DNA of 63,992 nt, the filler included, from Dirinaria sp. TL-2023a (lineage: Eukaryota): the NCBI GenBank assembly GCA_051941275.1. It is 3 parts of 3 records of this genome, joined end to end, with 100 filler letters (N's around TTAATTAATTAA, not from the genome) between each part and the next. Parts side by side here need not be neighbours in the genome. Positions count along the whole stretch, not along the records: positions 1 to 21,320 come from JAVEBF010000261.1; positions 21,421 to 42,697 come from JAVEBF010000262.1; 1 more part is not named here. One strand, written 5' to 3'. The notes below the pieces were generated by a model. The model saw only the letters and a list, made by a program, of their open reading frames with translations. It did not search any database and had not been told where the DNA came from. How positions within the stretch are numbered: the first letter of the stretch is position 1; the number at the start of each line of letters is the position of its first letter. Positions 11,865 to 23,871 of the stretch are shown in pieces. The position numbers and the translations under genes are program-made.

Positions 11865-13172
11865 GCTGGATTCTCGTGCATTGCGTCAGTCGCTATGCAT
11901 GAGAGCAAGTAGACGCATTGTGACAAGGATGCTTTAGGCGGTCATGTCGTCTGCATGCGTCGTAAGTAGTTGTAGGTTGATATTAGTACTGTGAATATTG
12001 TTCGACAAACCGAATATTTGAGGTCCTTGAATCTAGAGCTTTCATTTAGCTCTTGCTGATGTCCAGGTTTCATCTCATATGCAATGAATGGGGTATGAGC
12101 GTTAAGCAAGCACATCTATTGAAGACACATATTTCCAAATGGTGCCTAGAGGATCATCTAATGCATATCGGGGTCTTAAACCCGCATTGCGCCGACAGAT
12201 ACTCTTGCTTCTTTGGCACTTGTCTGGAACATAGTCCTAGTCAACACCTTCACTGTGAACACGTGCTGATGAGCATTGCTTATCTAAGCGGGATTCTTAG
12301 CAGCTGAATAGTGTGAAGCTATCTTGCTCTACTCGCTGAAAAGCAAAAACAGTATTTAGATCGAAGTCATCATCATGGAATCTCGAGACCAATCAATAGC
12401 CTGGCTGCTAGTCACAATAAAAGAGTCCCACCCCAAAGCCTTACCTCGAGACAGCTGGTTCTTGGTTCTGGTAAGTCGAGTTCGTCTGCTCAAGCAAAAA
12501 TCAACCACAATTGGCAATACACAAGGCGTCAGCATTGGTATCTGGCCCTAGCCCACATCAGCTGAGGCAGCTGTGAAACAGTCTGGTCAAACAGCCCGAA
12601 TTCTTTTCGCAAGACCAGAGGACGGCCTTGAATCGACGATTACGCGAGTTCCTCCTGAAACAGTGGATCATGGTGGGGAGTCCCAAGATCGCCGTTTGCT
12701 CTGACCTCGCTCATGAGCGAAGAAAAGCCAGGCGACGTGGACCTCAACATTCAATCGGTCAGCGGCCCATCTACGTTCTCACGGGAACGCTGCTCGTTCC
12801 CTTAATTTCAGAGCTGACAAAATGGAAAATTAGACAATCCACTGCATTGGATCGCAAGAACCACGAAGCAGGCTCCGACGTTCTGGCTGCACTGTACGGC
12901 ACAGAGACGGGCTGACCAGATGACGAAGAGCTGGGGTAGGATGTTGACGTTTGACAAGCAAATAGGCCTTAATCTATTCTAAGTAACCCGTATCTATTAT
13001 ATAACCCCCTGGTCGTAGAAGTATCGATCATCTGCCTATTAGGTAGCCTATTTGAATACATTATTTCCAAATCTCCCAAGAACGTCCGTCGCTAATATTT
13101 CTTTCAAGTAATCCGAAAAGAGAAAAAAAAAAAAAAAAACAAAAAACTTTTGATTCATCCCACGAACCGCCC

Positions 13173-15827
13173 TTAGTGGAGTACTGGCTGGTACTTGACC
13201 TCTTCGTCATACCCGTGCCCCTGTATCTGAAACCTCGTCTTGGCTTTGATACCATCGTCCCCTGCCGCGTGGTCCAGCTCTCCCGTATACCGGTGCTCAA
13301 TGGCTGCCAGAAGCAGCTCCGTCAAGCTCCTCTCCCGTCGCCGCAAAACGAGTCCCAGCACTGTCGAAACCAGCACGCACACTCCACCTACCACCGTGAC
13401 CGTGATACCCATCTTCGATGTTCGGCTGTCGGTCCCGTACGCCCACACGTGCACCTGCGCGTAAAACCACAGGGTAGGGTGCTTCGGGTCTTTGGTGTCG
13501 GTGTTGTTCTGCGTCAGGTTCGCCTTGGTGAACGTGACCATACTCAGCGCTTGCAGATGGGAGTAGTAAACGAACAATGCCAAGTCATCGAACCGTTTGG
13601 TGTTATCGTTTTCGGAATTCACGAGGTAGAATTCATCGAGATCCGGGCTGCTCTCGTCCGACTCCGGCCTGAGCCCGGTAGTTGTGGCTGTTGGTGCTGA
13701 GCTTGTTGAAACAGTGCCGATGAGTAGGCTAGTGTAGGCCGACGTCGCGGCGCTGAATTCGTAGAGGTCACTGGAGCTTGCCGCACTGGGGGCGGCATCG
13801 GTCGTGGAGGCTTCCTGACGCTTGATGCGCAGCGACTGGGCACCATAACCAGGCCCGGTTTGACTAGTGACCGTCGGCGTGGGCGATGCCGCCGCGTAAG
13901 AGGGCGGTAGTGTGTTGTTCGAAGTATCAGGGAAAAGCGAAGTGGTATTGGACAAGGTTGTGGAATTGAAGTTCTCGTAGTTCCCATTGTCTTCCCGCGT
14001 AACGTTCGCAAATGTCTCGTTGCGAAAAGTGGCCTTGAAGCCTCGAATTAGCGAAGTAGCCGCAGACCTATTAACGATAAGGCCGTTTTGGTTAACTGAC
14101 CAGGCTGCCAGAAACCAGTCCGGATCTACAGGCACAAATGGTAACTTTTCCTTTTGAAAATCAGGCAAATCATCCACTTGAACAAGATATAGGGGATTGG
14201 TTTGTGGTGATGTATCGAGTGTGTAGGTAGAGAAATCCGCGAAGGTGAAGAATTCGAAGACGACTGTGTGACCAGGAAATTCTCGCGGCATGCTTATTTC
14301 GACACTCAGGATGTTGAAAGACACAATCGACGCATTGTCGGGTTTGTTTGAGGAAAAAAAATTGGTCCAGTCGCAATCGTGCTGAGAATTGACGGTACCG
14401 TTAATCAGACACGAAGGGGGTATCAGGCCGTGGTTTAGAGCTTCGTTGGAATAAGCAGATGTGTCAGAGAAAAATACATTCACTGTGGCGCGCTCAGACA
14501 AGCTTTCCGGCGATGTTAGGACTTCAAAATTCGCCTTCTTGTTAAGAGGATTCCAGCCCGTTCCTATGCGAAGACACTTGGTGTAGTTGCCGTTTCCCCA
14601 TTTATAGCCGCCGTAGCAGCGAACTTCCCGTCCATTGCCAACAGTTGTGTTCGTAATATTTGTGGGATGAAATACGTTTTCAAGTGCACCGAAGATAGGA
14701 CCTTTGCGCTTGAGGATGGTGTTCAAAGAACTATTGTAGTCACGGTAGGCAGTATTGTGATTCAGATTTTGGCTGGCGGTCTCAAAGTTGTCAAGGTCCA
14801 ACGATATCTCGCGCAGTGTTTGTCGGTTGGGAGCCCAGGAAGCGTCGTAGAAATTGTTGGTAGTGTTAAAGGTAAAGAAAACGTCACCTTCGGGAGAGAT
14901 GCCGGCAGATTGGGCACTACTGTAGGATGCGATCGGGTTGCTATCAGATGCTACCACAGCGTCATCCCACGAGTCCAAGCTCGCAGCATAGGGTATCGTA
15001 GTGCATGAGTAAAGGCGTTCGGCAAGCTCTAATGTGCTGCAATTTGGGAAAACATCTTGGTCCTGGCCACCAGGAAATGTTCCATTAGGGAATGCTCCTA
15101 TGCCTGAGGTAGTGAAACTGTGCTGTGCTTGCTTGGGAAGATCAATCCACTGCAGAGTCGGTAGCACCAACACGGCGACAGCAGGACCCATCAGATTCAC
15201 CAATATGCACATGAAGGCCAAGAATATGACAAAGAGGTACAGAGCCAGTCTCAGCAGAGCCCGCTCCTTGATTTTCGATTGGGCCGGACTGCGCGACGCT
15301 GCACGGAAGACTTCCAAGAGAGAGCGAGGATCAGCGAACTCAACCGGGCTCGTCAAGAGCCCGATCGGAAGCCCGCCATGCCGTGATGCTAGTATCATGG
15401 CGATGCTGTATACCAGACTGATGGCGACGAAGAGGAACCAGATCTCCAAGGCCTTGGCGACCAGCTGCAAGCCCCCGAGAGTGTTGTGATCATTGCGGTC
15501 GAGTTTATGTGCCCAATTCGAGCCGCCTGAGCCTAGAGGGTCCGCTTTGCATCCTCCGAGACGGCAAGAAGCGCTGGGACCAATCCTGAAGCCGGATAAA
15601 TTCAAGTACAGCAGCACGACAATCGGAGCGAGCCACAGAAATCCCAGTAACAGATGCACCGACGCCCATAATCGAGATCGAGAGGATCGTGGGGTTATTA
15701 TTATTGACTCCTCGGTCTCACGGATCTCTGTGAAAGCCGCTTTCTGCTCGTCCAGTCTCGGTATCGTTTCATACTGGGAGTTCATCGTGACAGGTTTCGC
15801 GAACGGGCGCGTGAATCGGATGGGCAT
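13173..15827 (-). CDS. 884-aa membrane glycoprotein of unknown function
   Basis: Long intronless ORF with about 3 N-terminal hydrophobic helices, a large lumenal region rich in N-x-S/T sequons, a Ser/Thr-rich insert and one C-terminal TM helix. Confidence 0.88.
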   Translation of the reverse strand: MPIRFTRPFAKPVTMNSQYETIPRLDEQKAAFTEIRETEESIIITPRSSRSRLWASVHLLLGFLWLAPIVVLLYLNLSGFRIGPSASCRLGGCKADPLGSGGSNWAHKLDRNDHNTLGGLQLVAKALEIWFLFVAISLVYSIAMILASRHGGLPIGLLTSPVEFADPRSLLEVFRAASRSPAQSKIKERALLRLALYLFVIFLAFMCILVNLMGPAVAVLVLPTLQWIDLPKQAQHSFTTSGIGAFPNGTFPGGQDQDVFPNCSTLELAERLYSCTTIPYAASLDSWDDAVVASDSNPIASYSSAQSAGISPEGDVFFTFNTTNNFYDASWAPNRQTLREISLDLDNFETASQNLNHNTAYRDYNSSLNTILKRKGPIFGALENVFHPTNITNTTVGNGREVRCYGGYKWGNGNYTKCLRIGTGWNPLNKKANFEVLTSPESLSERATVNVFFSDTSAYSNEALNHGLIPPSCLINGTVNSQHDCDWTNFFSSNKPDNASIVSFNILSVEISMPREFPGHTVVFEFFTFADFSTYTLDTSPQTNPLYLVQVDDLPDFQKEKLPFVPVDPDWFLAAWSVNQNGLIVNRSAATSLIRGFKATFRNETFANVTREDNGNYENFNSTTLSNTTSLFPDTSNNTLPPSYAAASPTPTVTSQTGPGYGAQSLRIKRQEASTTDAAPSAASSSDLYEFSAATSAYTSLLIGTVSTSSAPTATTTGLRPESDESSPDLDEFYLVNSENDNTKRFDDLALFVYYSHLQALSMVTFTKANLTQNNTDTKDPKHPTLWFYAQVHVWAYGTDSRTSKMGITVTVVGGVCVLVSTVLGLVLRRRERSLTELLLAAIEHRYTGELDHAAGDDGIKAKTRFQIQGHGYDEEVKYQPVLH

Positions 15828-16953
15828 GCTTTAGGGTTGCTGGTATCAAACCAAGAGCAGGCTCAACGGCAGGATCTCTTCTCCTGGGAGGAGAAAGGCT
15901 CAGGCAAAGTGATACAAGGCGGAAGTAGAGAGTTCCAGAGGCGACAACACGGCGAAACATGGTCTCAGGACATGTGCAGCTTTATCTGCCCCAGGGAGCA
16001 GAGCCGCAGCCATCGGGGAACAGGGGGAGATGGGCGAGATTCGTCTGAGGAATCTCGGCTGAGGATTCAGCATGCTCGGCATGCAGCTTTGAAACCCGGA
16101 TATGCGTCTGCGCCGCAGCCTGGTTGCCTTGTTCAGAAGGTGGAAGAGCAGTGTGATTCAGCACGGCCTCAGTAGAATTGTCTTGAGTGATCTGGAATCC
16201 AAAGCAAGATGCTGCAGAAGAACACAGCTGATCTAATTTTGACCATTCATACTGATCGGGACGAATCGAACGGAATCCTGTGCTACCCATACTCATGCAG
16301 GGGCGCGAGGGGCGGTGATTCGGTTTGCAGGAGTCGGGCGCAGTCGTGTGGTAGTAGTGTGGTCAGGTAGATAACGATAATAATATTCCTTGGGTGGGTG
16401 GGCACATGGCAGGAAGGTGAGGAGGGTAAGATTCCAGTGCTCTACCTCATTGGAGGAAAGGTGCTGGCTGCGGAGCCCAGCGATCGACAGAGCTGAGGAA
16501 TCTCGAAGGTCGATCAGTCATACTGGGTTTCAATAGGAGGAAGAGGAAGACGAGCTGAAACCAAAGTTGCAGTTGCATGCAAGTAAGAGCTTGGCGGAAA
16601 AACCCTTCGGCCGAGAAGGGCCCGATCGGATCCAAGGATTATTAATAATCCGGGAAGTCTGGGCAACAACGGTTTACTACTACTGTAGTCTCGGCCCGCC
16701 ATTTGACCCGTGGTTCTGTTCCAAGCTCAGCCAAGCTCGCCAAGGTATCAAAAGCAAAAGAACCAGGAAAGGTGGACACTACTACCTACAGTAGTAAGGT
16801 AGATGGCGTCCGATCAGCTAGTAGAGACTAGAGGTAGTAGAGCACCTACGGTTCATGCTTCATTACTATTATGTACATGTACTGTACAGTACCATATTAC
16901 TATTATCGTCTGATCACATGTAGGTACCTTGGGAAAGGTACTTAACTTCAGTG

Positions 16954-17976
16954 ATGCCATCATCCAAATCCATTGGTCGACTCCGGTTCCTCTCGAAGGT
17001 GTTCGGCGCAGCCTTGGCGCTTTGCCTTGGATTACGTCAATTCAGCGTATTCTTCCTCCATAAGAATAATAATAATAATAATCCGTCGTCTATCCCTCAA
17101 CTACGTGAAGCACAGACCGCGATTCCTGCCAAGATCTGGCAAACATGGTATACGTCGGCGGTTGGGTTAGGAGAGCAAGAGAAGCACCGGACCCTGAGCT
17201 GGCTGGACAAGAACCCACGGTACCAGTATGAACTCGTCACCGACCAGGCAGCCGAAAGCTTGGTAGAGCGGCATTATTTCCACGGCAATGACTTGCTGCT
17301 GGCGGAGACTTTCTTGGCACTGAACGATACTATCCTGAAAGCCGACTTCCTTCGTTATCTGATTATTTTGGCCGAAGGTGGGCTCTACACCGACATCGAC
17401 GTGGAATGCTATCAGCCAATAGATGAGTGGCTTCCGCTTGATCTCAGAGAGAAAGCCGCCGTCATCGTCGGCATCGAAGCTGATCGACAACCGGTCGAAA
17501 AGGATCTCACCCTATACTATGACCGTCGAAAACACATCTGGGGCATCAACAACTGGACCTTCATGGCCAAACGCGGGCACCCGTTCCTGCGGCGCGTAGC
17601 AGAAACTGTGGCCCGGAACCTCCGAGCTCTCGCTGAACAACAGGGTACTAGTCTGGCAGCAATCGATGTTTCATACAAACAAGTCATTGACACTACTGGG
17701 CCTCGAGCTTTCACAGCTGCCTTTTTGCAACATGCCTCCCAAGCTACGGGCAAAAAGTTTACATCCGCCGATGCCACCATGTTGGATAGACCTATGGTCG
17801 TCGGCGATATCGTCATCCTGCCCATCCGAGCAATGAGCACGGCAGAGGCGGATCGAGCAGATGGCGACGGCGCTCGATCGAACTCCTGGCCTGCTGTCCT
17901 GTTCCATCACTCGGTGGGCTCCTGGAAGAAGACTCATTTCGCCAAACCAGATCCAACTTCAGACAGCCCAGGATAA
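16954..17976 (+). CDS. Glycosyltransferase family 32 (Och1-like alpha-1,6-mannosyltransferase)
   Basis: IPAKIWQTW, KADFLRYLIILAEGGLYTDIDVEC (DXD), VIVGIEAD, NWTFMAKRGHP, TTGP and HHSVGSWK, plus an N-terminal anchor. An (AAT)n repeat encodes poly-Asn. Confidence 0.93.
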   Translation: MPSSKSIGRLRFLSKVFGAALALCLGLRQFSVFFLHKNNNNNNPSSIPQLREAQTAIPAKIWQTWYTSAVGLGEQEKHRTLSWLDKNPRYQYELVTDQAAESLVERHYFHGNDLLLAETFLALNDTILKADFLRYLIILAEGGLYTDIDVECYQPIDEWLPLDLREKAAVIVGIEADRQPVEKDLTLYYDRRKHIWGINNWTFMAKRGHPFLRRVAETVARNLRALAEQQGTSLAAIDVSYKQVIDTTGPRAFTAAFLQHASQATGKKFTSADATMLDRPMVVGDIVILPIRAMSTAEADRADGDGARSNSWPAVLFHHSVGSWKKTHFAKPDPTSDSPG

Positions 17977-18902
17977 TGAACGCTCTTTGAGATACACTAC
18001 CTACTTTTCAGCCTCGGAAACAGAAAAGGTTTAGAAAGGCTGTCCGAGGGGTTAGTCTAATAAAGGTTTAAACTTAATGTCGAACAACGTCAAGATTAGT
18101 CCTGAGTTGGTGCTTTAGCCTTCGGTTGTGCTCTCTGGATTGCCTTTCTGTCCACAAACGAAGAGTCAGTGTTGCATTGACAAATCGTTAAAATGATCGT
18201 TGGTACCGAAGTAAGAGAACCGAAAAGGGATGGCAAACAAGATAAAGATCTGCATTAACACACTCGTCAGAGGCCAATGGACGGGCAAAGATTCTTTCCC
18301 TCGCATGGGATACCGTATTACTGCTCCACGTACAATAGCGATGCGACTGTATGAGACTGAAGAGAGGGCTGGAGGCCTAAAAAAGCAGGTATGGCAGGCG
18401 GAATAGAACCTGATATGGGTGCTTGCGAGGAACGGTAAACCTTGCTCGATGCAATCGTCCAAATTGACCGCACCTTCGGTGTGGTGATGAATCGAACCTG
18501 AATAGGGCGGGAGGGGTGCTCGATATCAAGCCTGTGGCTCACCAAGTTTATGTAGATAGCTACTCTATGCTTTACAAGCTTAGCAGAATCTCTTACAATG
18601 CATTCGTCTTGAGTGCCGAGCCTGTTCGTGGTACTCGCACCGTCCCTTGCGTACTTACCTTGGATACCTTGCAGCGAGAGTGATAGGGTTGTTCTAGGGT
18701 ACGAACACGTAGACACCTACTGTACGGTAATTAAAGATAGAAAGGGGCTGTGTGAATCCCGCAGGAGGCAGTGAAACGGCATAGCTCATGCTTCTTCTAT
18801 GCTCGGACCTTTGACTTGTGATATCGCCTGGAATAGTGACTGGTATTCCGGCCACTGTCGTCGTTAATCACAGATACACCAGAACTTTGCGACGACATCG
18901 AT

Positions 18903-20152
18903 ATGGGCAAGCCAATGCCTTCAAAATCTACTCCACGCGTCTACAGGGACGAGCCAGGAGACGATGCAGCTTCGACATCCTCAGCTGTCTTGATGCAGGA
19001 TATAGATTATCCTGAAGCCGCTTTACCAGCGTATGAAGAAGTTGTAGCCTCAGAAAGCAGCGGCCGAAGCACAACTCATGAGCCCGAACCACAATCGTAT
19101 GCTGCTCCAACCTTGAATACGGCCTCGTCCACGATGCTGACATTGTTACTCATAGATACCTTACCCAACCGCTCATCCCTGCTTCACAGCTCTCTCGGGA
19201 CAAAACTACAACCACTACACACTGGCCGGAGTATAGCGAAGACCCTTCGGCTCTCCAGGAGATGCTGGAGGAGCAAGCCAAATACCCTCCCATCTTCACT
19301 GCTAGAATTACGGGCACTCATTCCGAGACAGTACACAAAAAGGATAAGAAGGAAAAGACTACAGTGACCGATTTCGACATCAGACTAGACATGACGCATC
19401 TTCTGGTCCCTGGTTCAAATACACCTAACAATTTAAAAATACAAGGCTTGCAACACGCGAGTGCAGGGACTAAGGTATATCAAGGTCACCGTATAAAGAG
19501 TATTGTCACTGGAGACTTCGAACCCGGGGTAGGTGCTGCTATCCAGCAGTACACATCCTCTGCGTTCCCTGTCCGTTCTTTCACCCTCCGACGACAGATA
19601 CTCTATTATGACTCTGCTGCTCTTGAGAACCTTCTCACTTCTTTGGTGGGCTCGACCAATTATCGAGGTCATCTCAAAATCACATTCCCGATCACTCATA
19701 ATCGTATCACGGTCTATAGTCCCTGCTGGCAGAACAGACTTCGAGATAAGACATGGCTTCGATGGATCTTTTACTTGACATTTCTGTGGATCTTTGCCTG
19801 GCCGTATCTATGGTTCATGACTCGGCGCTGGGAGGTACTCACGTCCCAGTTCCCGTACAGCTGCTCCCCAGACTGCGGGAACCGCAAATTCGTCACAAAG
19901 AGCGAAAAGGCGTTCTTCGAAGAATGGAGACCAAGCCTCAGACGTGCTATCCTCGGCAAGAAGCAGGGATGGATTGATGAAGAGTACAAGCTCGGTACCG
20001 AAGATGCTTTGCGCCAACCTGGGGCGAACGGCATGGATCGAATTCCTATCACAGGTAACGCAGTGGCCGACGGCGCATTGGGGTTCCTGCACCATGCTGC
20101 TACTATGCGAAGAGAAATTGCTATGGCAGGAGGCTGGGGCGCGGACAGCTAG
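18903..20152 (+). CDS. Conserved-looking fungal hypothetical protein with one TM segment (2 exons)
   Basis: Intron 19097-19155 (GTATGC..CTGAC..TAG) joins the 18903 ORF to the 296-aa ORF. Motifs TVTDFDIRLD, STNYRGHL, WIFYLTFLWIFAWPYL and C-terminal GWGADS. Confidence 0.85.
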
Positions 20153-20329
20153 ATCTCGGCCCCTTCCCTCGAGAGGAGAGCGCTCCAATTCGGTATTCAA
20201 AGTCAAAAAACCGTGTGCTCTCCTGCAGGCCTTGGCTTTATCAGCCAATACTTCCACATTTCTGTACCCAGCACTGAAGTTCTCAGGCCTTGAAAGTACT
20301 GGCCAACTTCAATACCCTCGCGCGGAAGC

Positions 20330-20670
20330 ACTACATCCTTCAAGCGCATGCGAGTGTGAAAAATGCAGCTGCACATTGTTTGATGAATATCTTCTCAAGT
20401 ACGCTCGCGAATCAGTTTACCGTAGGGTTTGTCCGCAGCCGACGTGCTGTGAACAATCTCTGCGGTTTCTGTGTTCCCGTCATCGGTGTGCCCGAGCGTG
20501 TACAAACGATGGCTGCAAGTATCGCCAATACTGCAAAGCGTTTCTGTCAAGTAGGACGATTGAAGCATACATGGGACGCCAACGGGATGAGAATAGACCA
20601 TGTCCTAAAGCTGCAAAAATGCATGCCCTATCGTGCCTGAGAAGAGCAAGGAGGGCCTCTCATCGCCCAA
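20330..20670 (+). pseudogene. Possible decayed RBR (IBR-RING2) ubiquitin ligase fragment
   Basis: YRRVCPQPTC...CTNDGCKYRQYC...DENRPCPK, then after a frameshift CKNACPIVPEKSKEG. No clean start. Confidence 0.35.
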
Positions 20671-21320
20671 AACGGATGGCTTGGAGAGCACTCAAGCAGA
20701 CAGACAAGGTCACTGGATCAGCAGCGATTGCTCATGGTCCCCTTTCGTTATTCCTGATGTGGAGCTAATTCCACTTTGATCTGCCTCTGCCAATTGTGGA
20801 GCCTAGTGTTCTTCAGCTATACATCCTTGAAGTTCTGTTTGGAATTATGAAGGCGCCTACAGCGGTAAACAAGACTATGGTTGAGGAAAATGGATCGAAA
20901 AATCATTATAGACTAAGGTTTGTTAAAGCTAGACATCTGATTCAGACTTCCCTATCTCTATGAACTCTAAGCGGATCTTTGGGCTCAATTCGAGCGGCAA
21001 AATCTATATCTCTACGTACTGCTTCCTCAGAACACACAATCAACAGTCTCAGTTTAGTAGATCCGTGATCGCGTCTGTCGAATGTTAGGAGAAACCCTCC
21101 GTACCAAGGTCTTTTTTTTCAAATGGTGAAATCGACATCACGATAAAACTTATGAAGTTGAATGCTTCCTCAATGATATGTCACTTTCTACAGTACCTTA
21201 ACCTAATATTATTCTCCTTCACACAATTCGACAACGCATGCGTACTGCTAAGCTTAATCAGGTAATCACCTCCGCATCTCCAGATCCCCCCTCCCCCAAC
21301 CCATCCGCACTCATAATCAC

Positions 21321-21420
21321 NNNNNNNNNNNNNNNNNNNNNNNNNNNNNNNNNNNNNNNNNNNNTTAATTAATTAANNNNNNNNNNNNNNNNNNNNNNNN
21401 NNNNNNNNNNNNNNNNNNNN
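21321..21420. other. Artificial contig linker N44-TTAATTAATTAA-N44
   Basis: Six-frame stop linker at 21365-21376 inside Ns; 100 bp in total. Confidence 0.97.
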
Positions 21421-21690
21421 GCAAGATCGTTTGAAACGAGCGTAAAGCGGGAAAAAAAAGGGGGGGAATGTAGATTGATAAGGAACGAGCAAGGAACGAG
21501 GGAAAGAAATGGAACGTAAGAAGAGGGAGAAAGCAACCTCAGACAAGCCACGCGCACGCAGAAGATCTATATCGGCCAATTTCGCGTCCGAGTACGGGAC
21601 CGGAGAGGCGGAGACGAGGGGGAGGAGAATAGGGAGAAGGAGGAGGAGAGTGGTTAGGAGAGGAAAAGAGGGGGAGAGAGGGATCATCAT
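21421..21690 (-). CDS. Small secreted protein, 5' part only (truncated at contig end)
   Basis: MMIPLSPSFPLLTTLLLLLPILLPLVSA-SPVPYSDAKLADIDLLRARGLSE signal peptide plus mature start. TATAAT upstream. Confidence 0.6.
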
Positions 21691-22141
21691 CGTTGCTCAC
21701 GATGAGAACTTCTTGTTGTTGGTTGGGGGGTGATGATGAGTTAAGGGAGTTTGAGGGAGCTTCTCGAGTGTTATTATACTAGGAATTAGACTGTGACATG
21801 AGAGAAGGGGCAGGATGGGACCATTCCCCCCACGTTCCTCACGTTCGGTGACGGCTGGGGAGAAAGATGCAAGGGGGGTTTTTTGGAAGGTCTATCATTA
21901 TCTTTTTTTTCTTTTACATACTAGTGTTGAATTTCTTCTCATGGATAAGCCTGTAAGTCTATGCGAATGTCGGTTTAATGGCCAAAGATAAAGCCTTTCT
22001 AGAGCTGTAAACCATGGAGAGAAGCGACTGTTGTGCTGTGGTATATAACGCCGAGCCATGCATGGATTCAGGGACCGATTCCTGGATCTCCCTTGCGCCA
22101 AGAATACGTTTCCGCGCCTGGATACCTACTACCTTATCTCC

Positions 22142-23380
22142 CTACCGCAATTTACCAAACTCGGCACCGAAATTCATGCTTCTCTTTATCCTGAGCTTCG
22201 GTTCTGGCTCTGAAGATTCGGACGTCTCCTTACTGCTGGCGTTTTTGGCAGTGTTGGGGTCGCTTGAGCTCGTAAGCTCGTCGTTTGACGCTTTAGCAGC
22301 TTCCTGTAGCCTGGAATCCAGAGTTTTAAGAAATTCTTGTGTCTTTTCGGAGCTGCTGTTACTCAAATTAAGAGGTTCAGATAGCGCTGGATCCTCATCT
22401 TGAAGGTCCGTAACACCAGAGAAGTATGAATCAGATCGTTCGTTGGGGGGTCGTACTGCAGAGGGCCTAGGTTCTGATGGAAATCGCTCCGTCTCCGGCA
22501 CAGTCGGCGTGGTGGGACTACTGTCCATAGCACTCGTGGACCCGTCTGTTCTGTACCTTGAACCGCGTGCTAAAGGAGTGTGACCGGCATCTTTGGTATT
22601 CCAGTCTGTGGGTGGGCCAAGCTGGGACGACGTGTGAGGGCCAATTGTTGGCGATGTTGACAGAGGTGACGGAGAATGAGGCGCTAACTCGCTCGCACCA
22701 CTACAGGAAGTATGGCTGGACGAGGAGAAGCTGCTCTGTTTGAATCTGATACCATCAAGCTCCCCCGGAATTTGCACCTGAGCCACACTTGGCCTGGCAG
22801 AGCCATTGATTGACTCTGTTAACAAGGATCTTCGCGGTTGTTGAGGGGATCCTTGCTCGCGTATACTGGGCAGACGCTCACCAATTGCCGCAGAAGAATG
22901 GTGGGACGTCTCCGAAAATGTCCGAGTCGGCTGAGCATCACTTCTCCCACCAGCTCCTCGCCAGAACTCATCACCTGTACTCGTGTGCCTTGAGCTAGAA
23001 GTACCCAAGACACTGGAGACGCTCGCCCCTGGGAGTTGTGTACCAACTGGAGAGGCAAGTTGAGCCTGGCGTAAAGCTTCCCGTAATTTTGATATTTCGT
23101 CCAGCAATTCCGACCTCTCCGTATTCCAGAGTTCTCTCTCTTCCTCGTGAACTTGACGCTGATGTTCTAAGAGGGCACGAAACTGATGCACATAGCGTGA
23201 TGATGCCAGCTGGGACGTTGTTGGCTGTCGGCCTGGAGGGGACGCGATCGAGACTCTAGAATTGGCGGTATGCTGTGACGCTACCTGCCCTTGAACAGAA
23301 TCAATGACGTCCGCGGGTCTCCTAGAGATATCCTGAGCTAAGGATGGTGGGGATGTTGTTAGAGACGAGGCAGAAGCCAT
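22142..23380 (-). CDS. 412-aa Ser/Pro-rich hypothetical protein with N-terminal coiled coil
   Basis: Uninterrupted ORF. Coiled coil LLEHQRQVHEEERELWNTERSELL; C-terminal LRIKRSMNFGAEFG motif. Confidence 0.85.
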   Translation of the reverse strand: MASASSLTTSPPSLAQDISRRPADVIDSVQGQVASQHTANSRVSIASPPGRQPTTSQLASSRYVHQFRALLEHQRQVHEEERELWNTERSELLDEISKLREALRQAQLASPVGTQLPGASVSSVLGTSSSRHTSTGDEFWRGAGGRSDAQPTRTFSETSHHSSAAIGERLPSIREQGSPQQPRRSLLTESINGSARPSVAQVQIPGELDGIRFKQSSFSSSSHTSCSGASELAPHSPSPLSTSPTIGPHTSSQLGPPTDWNTKDAGHTPLARGSRYRTDGSTSAMDSSPTTPTVPETERFPSEPRPSAVRPPNERSDSYFSGVTDLQDEDPALSEPLNLSNSSSEKTQEFLKTLDSRLQEAAKASNDELTSSSDPNTAKNASSKETSESSEPEPKLRIKRSMNFGAEFGKLR

Positions 23381-23871
23381 TGTGGTACGTAACCAGCGCC
23401 TTGCAGCGTGGATGAGATTGCAGAGCAGGGCTTGGAGAATTAGCAGTACCCGTGTGTGTTAAGATGAGTGCTGCCGGAAACGCTGGATCATGGTCAGGAG
23501 GTTGACCTTGATCAGAGGAAGGCATTGAAAGCATCCAACGGTTCCAGGTACTATGACGTGAATTGTGGGTCGCAACTTCAGCAGTGTTGGAGGCGATGAT
23601 GACCATGAGGTAGGGCTAGGAAGTTAGGAACAAATAGGTACCTTACTCAGAGTCTCAGATAGCAGAAATTATGTAAGGTACCTTACGGAAGTAAAGTACC
23701 TTAAGTAGCTTTCACAAGCAGGAAGCTCCGAAGCTCAAGCCGGGCTCACGGGGGACATCCGGCCCGAATCTACCAAGCACGGACCTCGGCAGCCGTGCGA
23801 CGGTGCAAGTCAGGCTAAACTCCCCGACTCTGTGCCATACCTACCTTAGGTAAGGTATTCTGTACCTACCT

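Noticed and set aside
19944..20768. 274-aa ORF as an intact gene
   Set aside because: It overlaps the 3' end of a well-supported gene in another frame and has a non-ATG start; only the Cys-rich middle looks like a remnant.
21365..21376. TTAATTAATTAA palindrome (also 42742-42753) as a biological site
   Set aside because: It is embedded symmetrically in Ns and is a standard six-frame stop linker.
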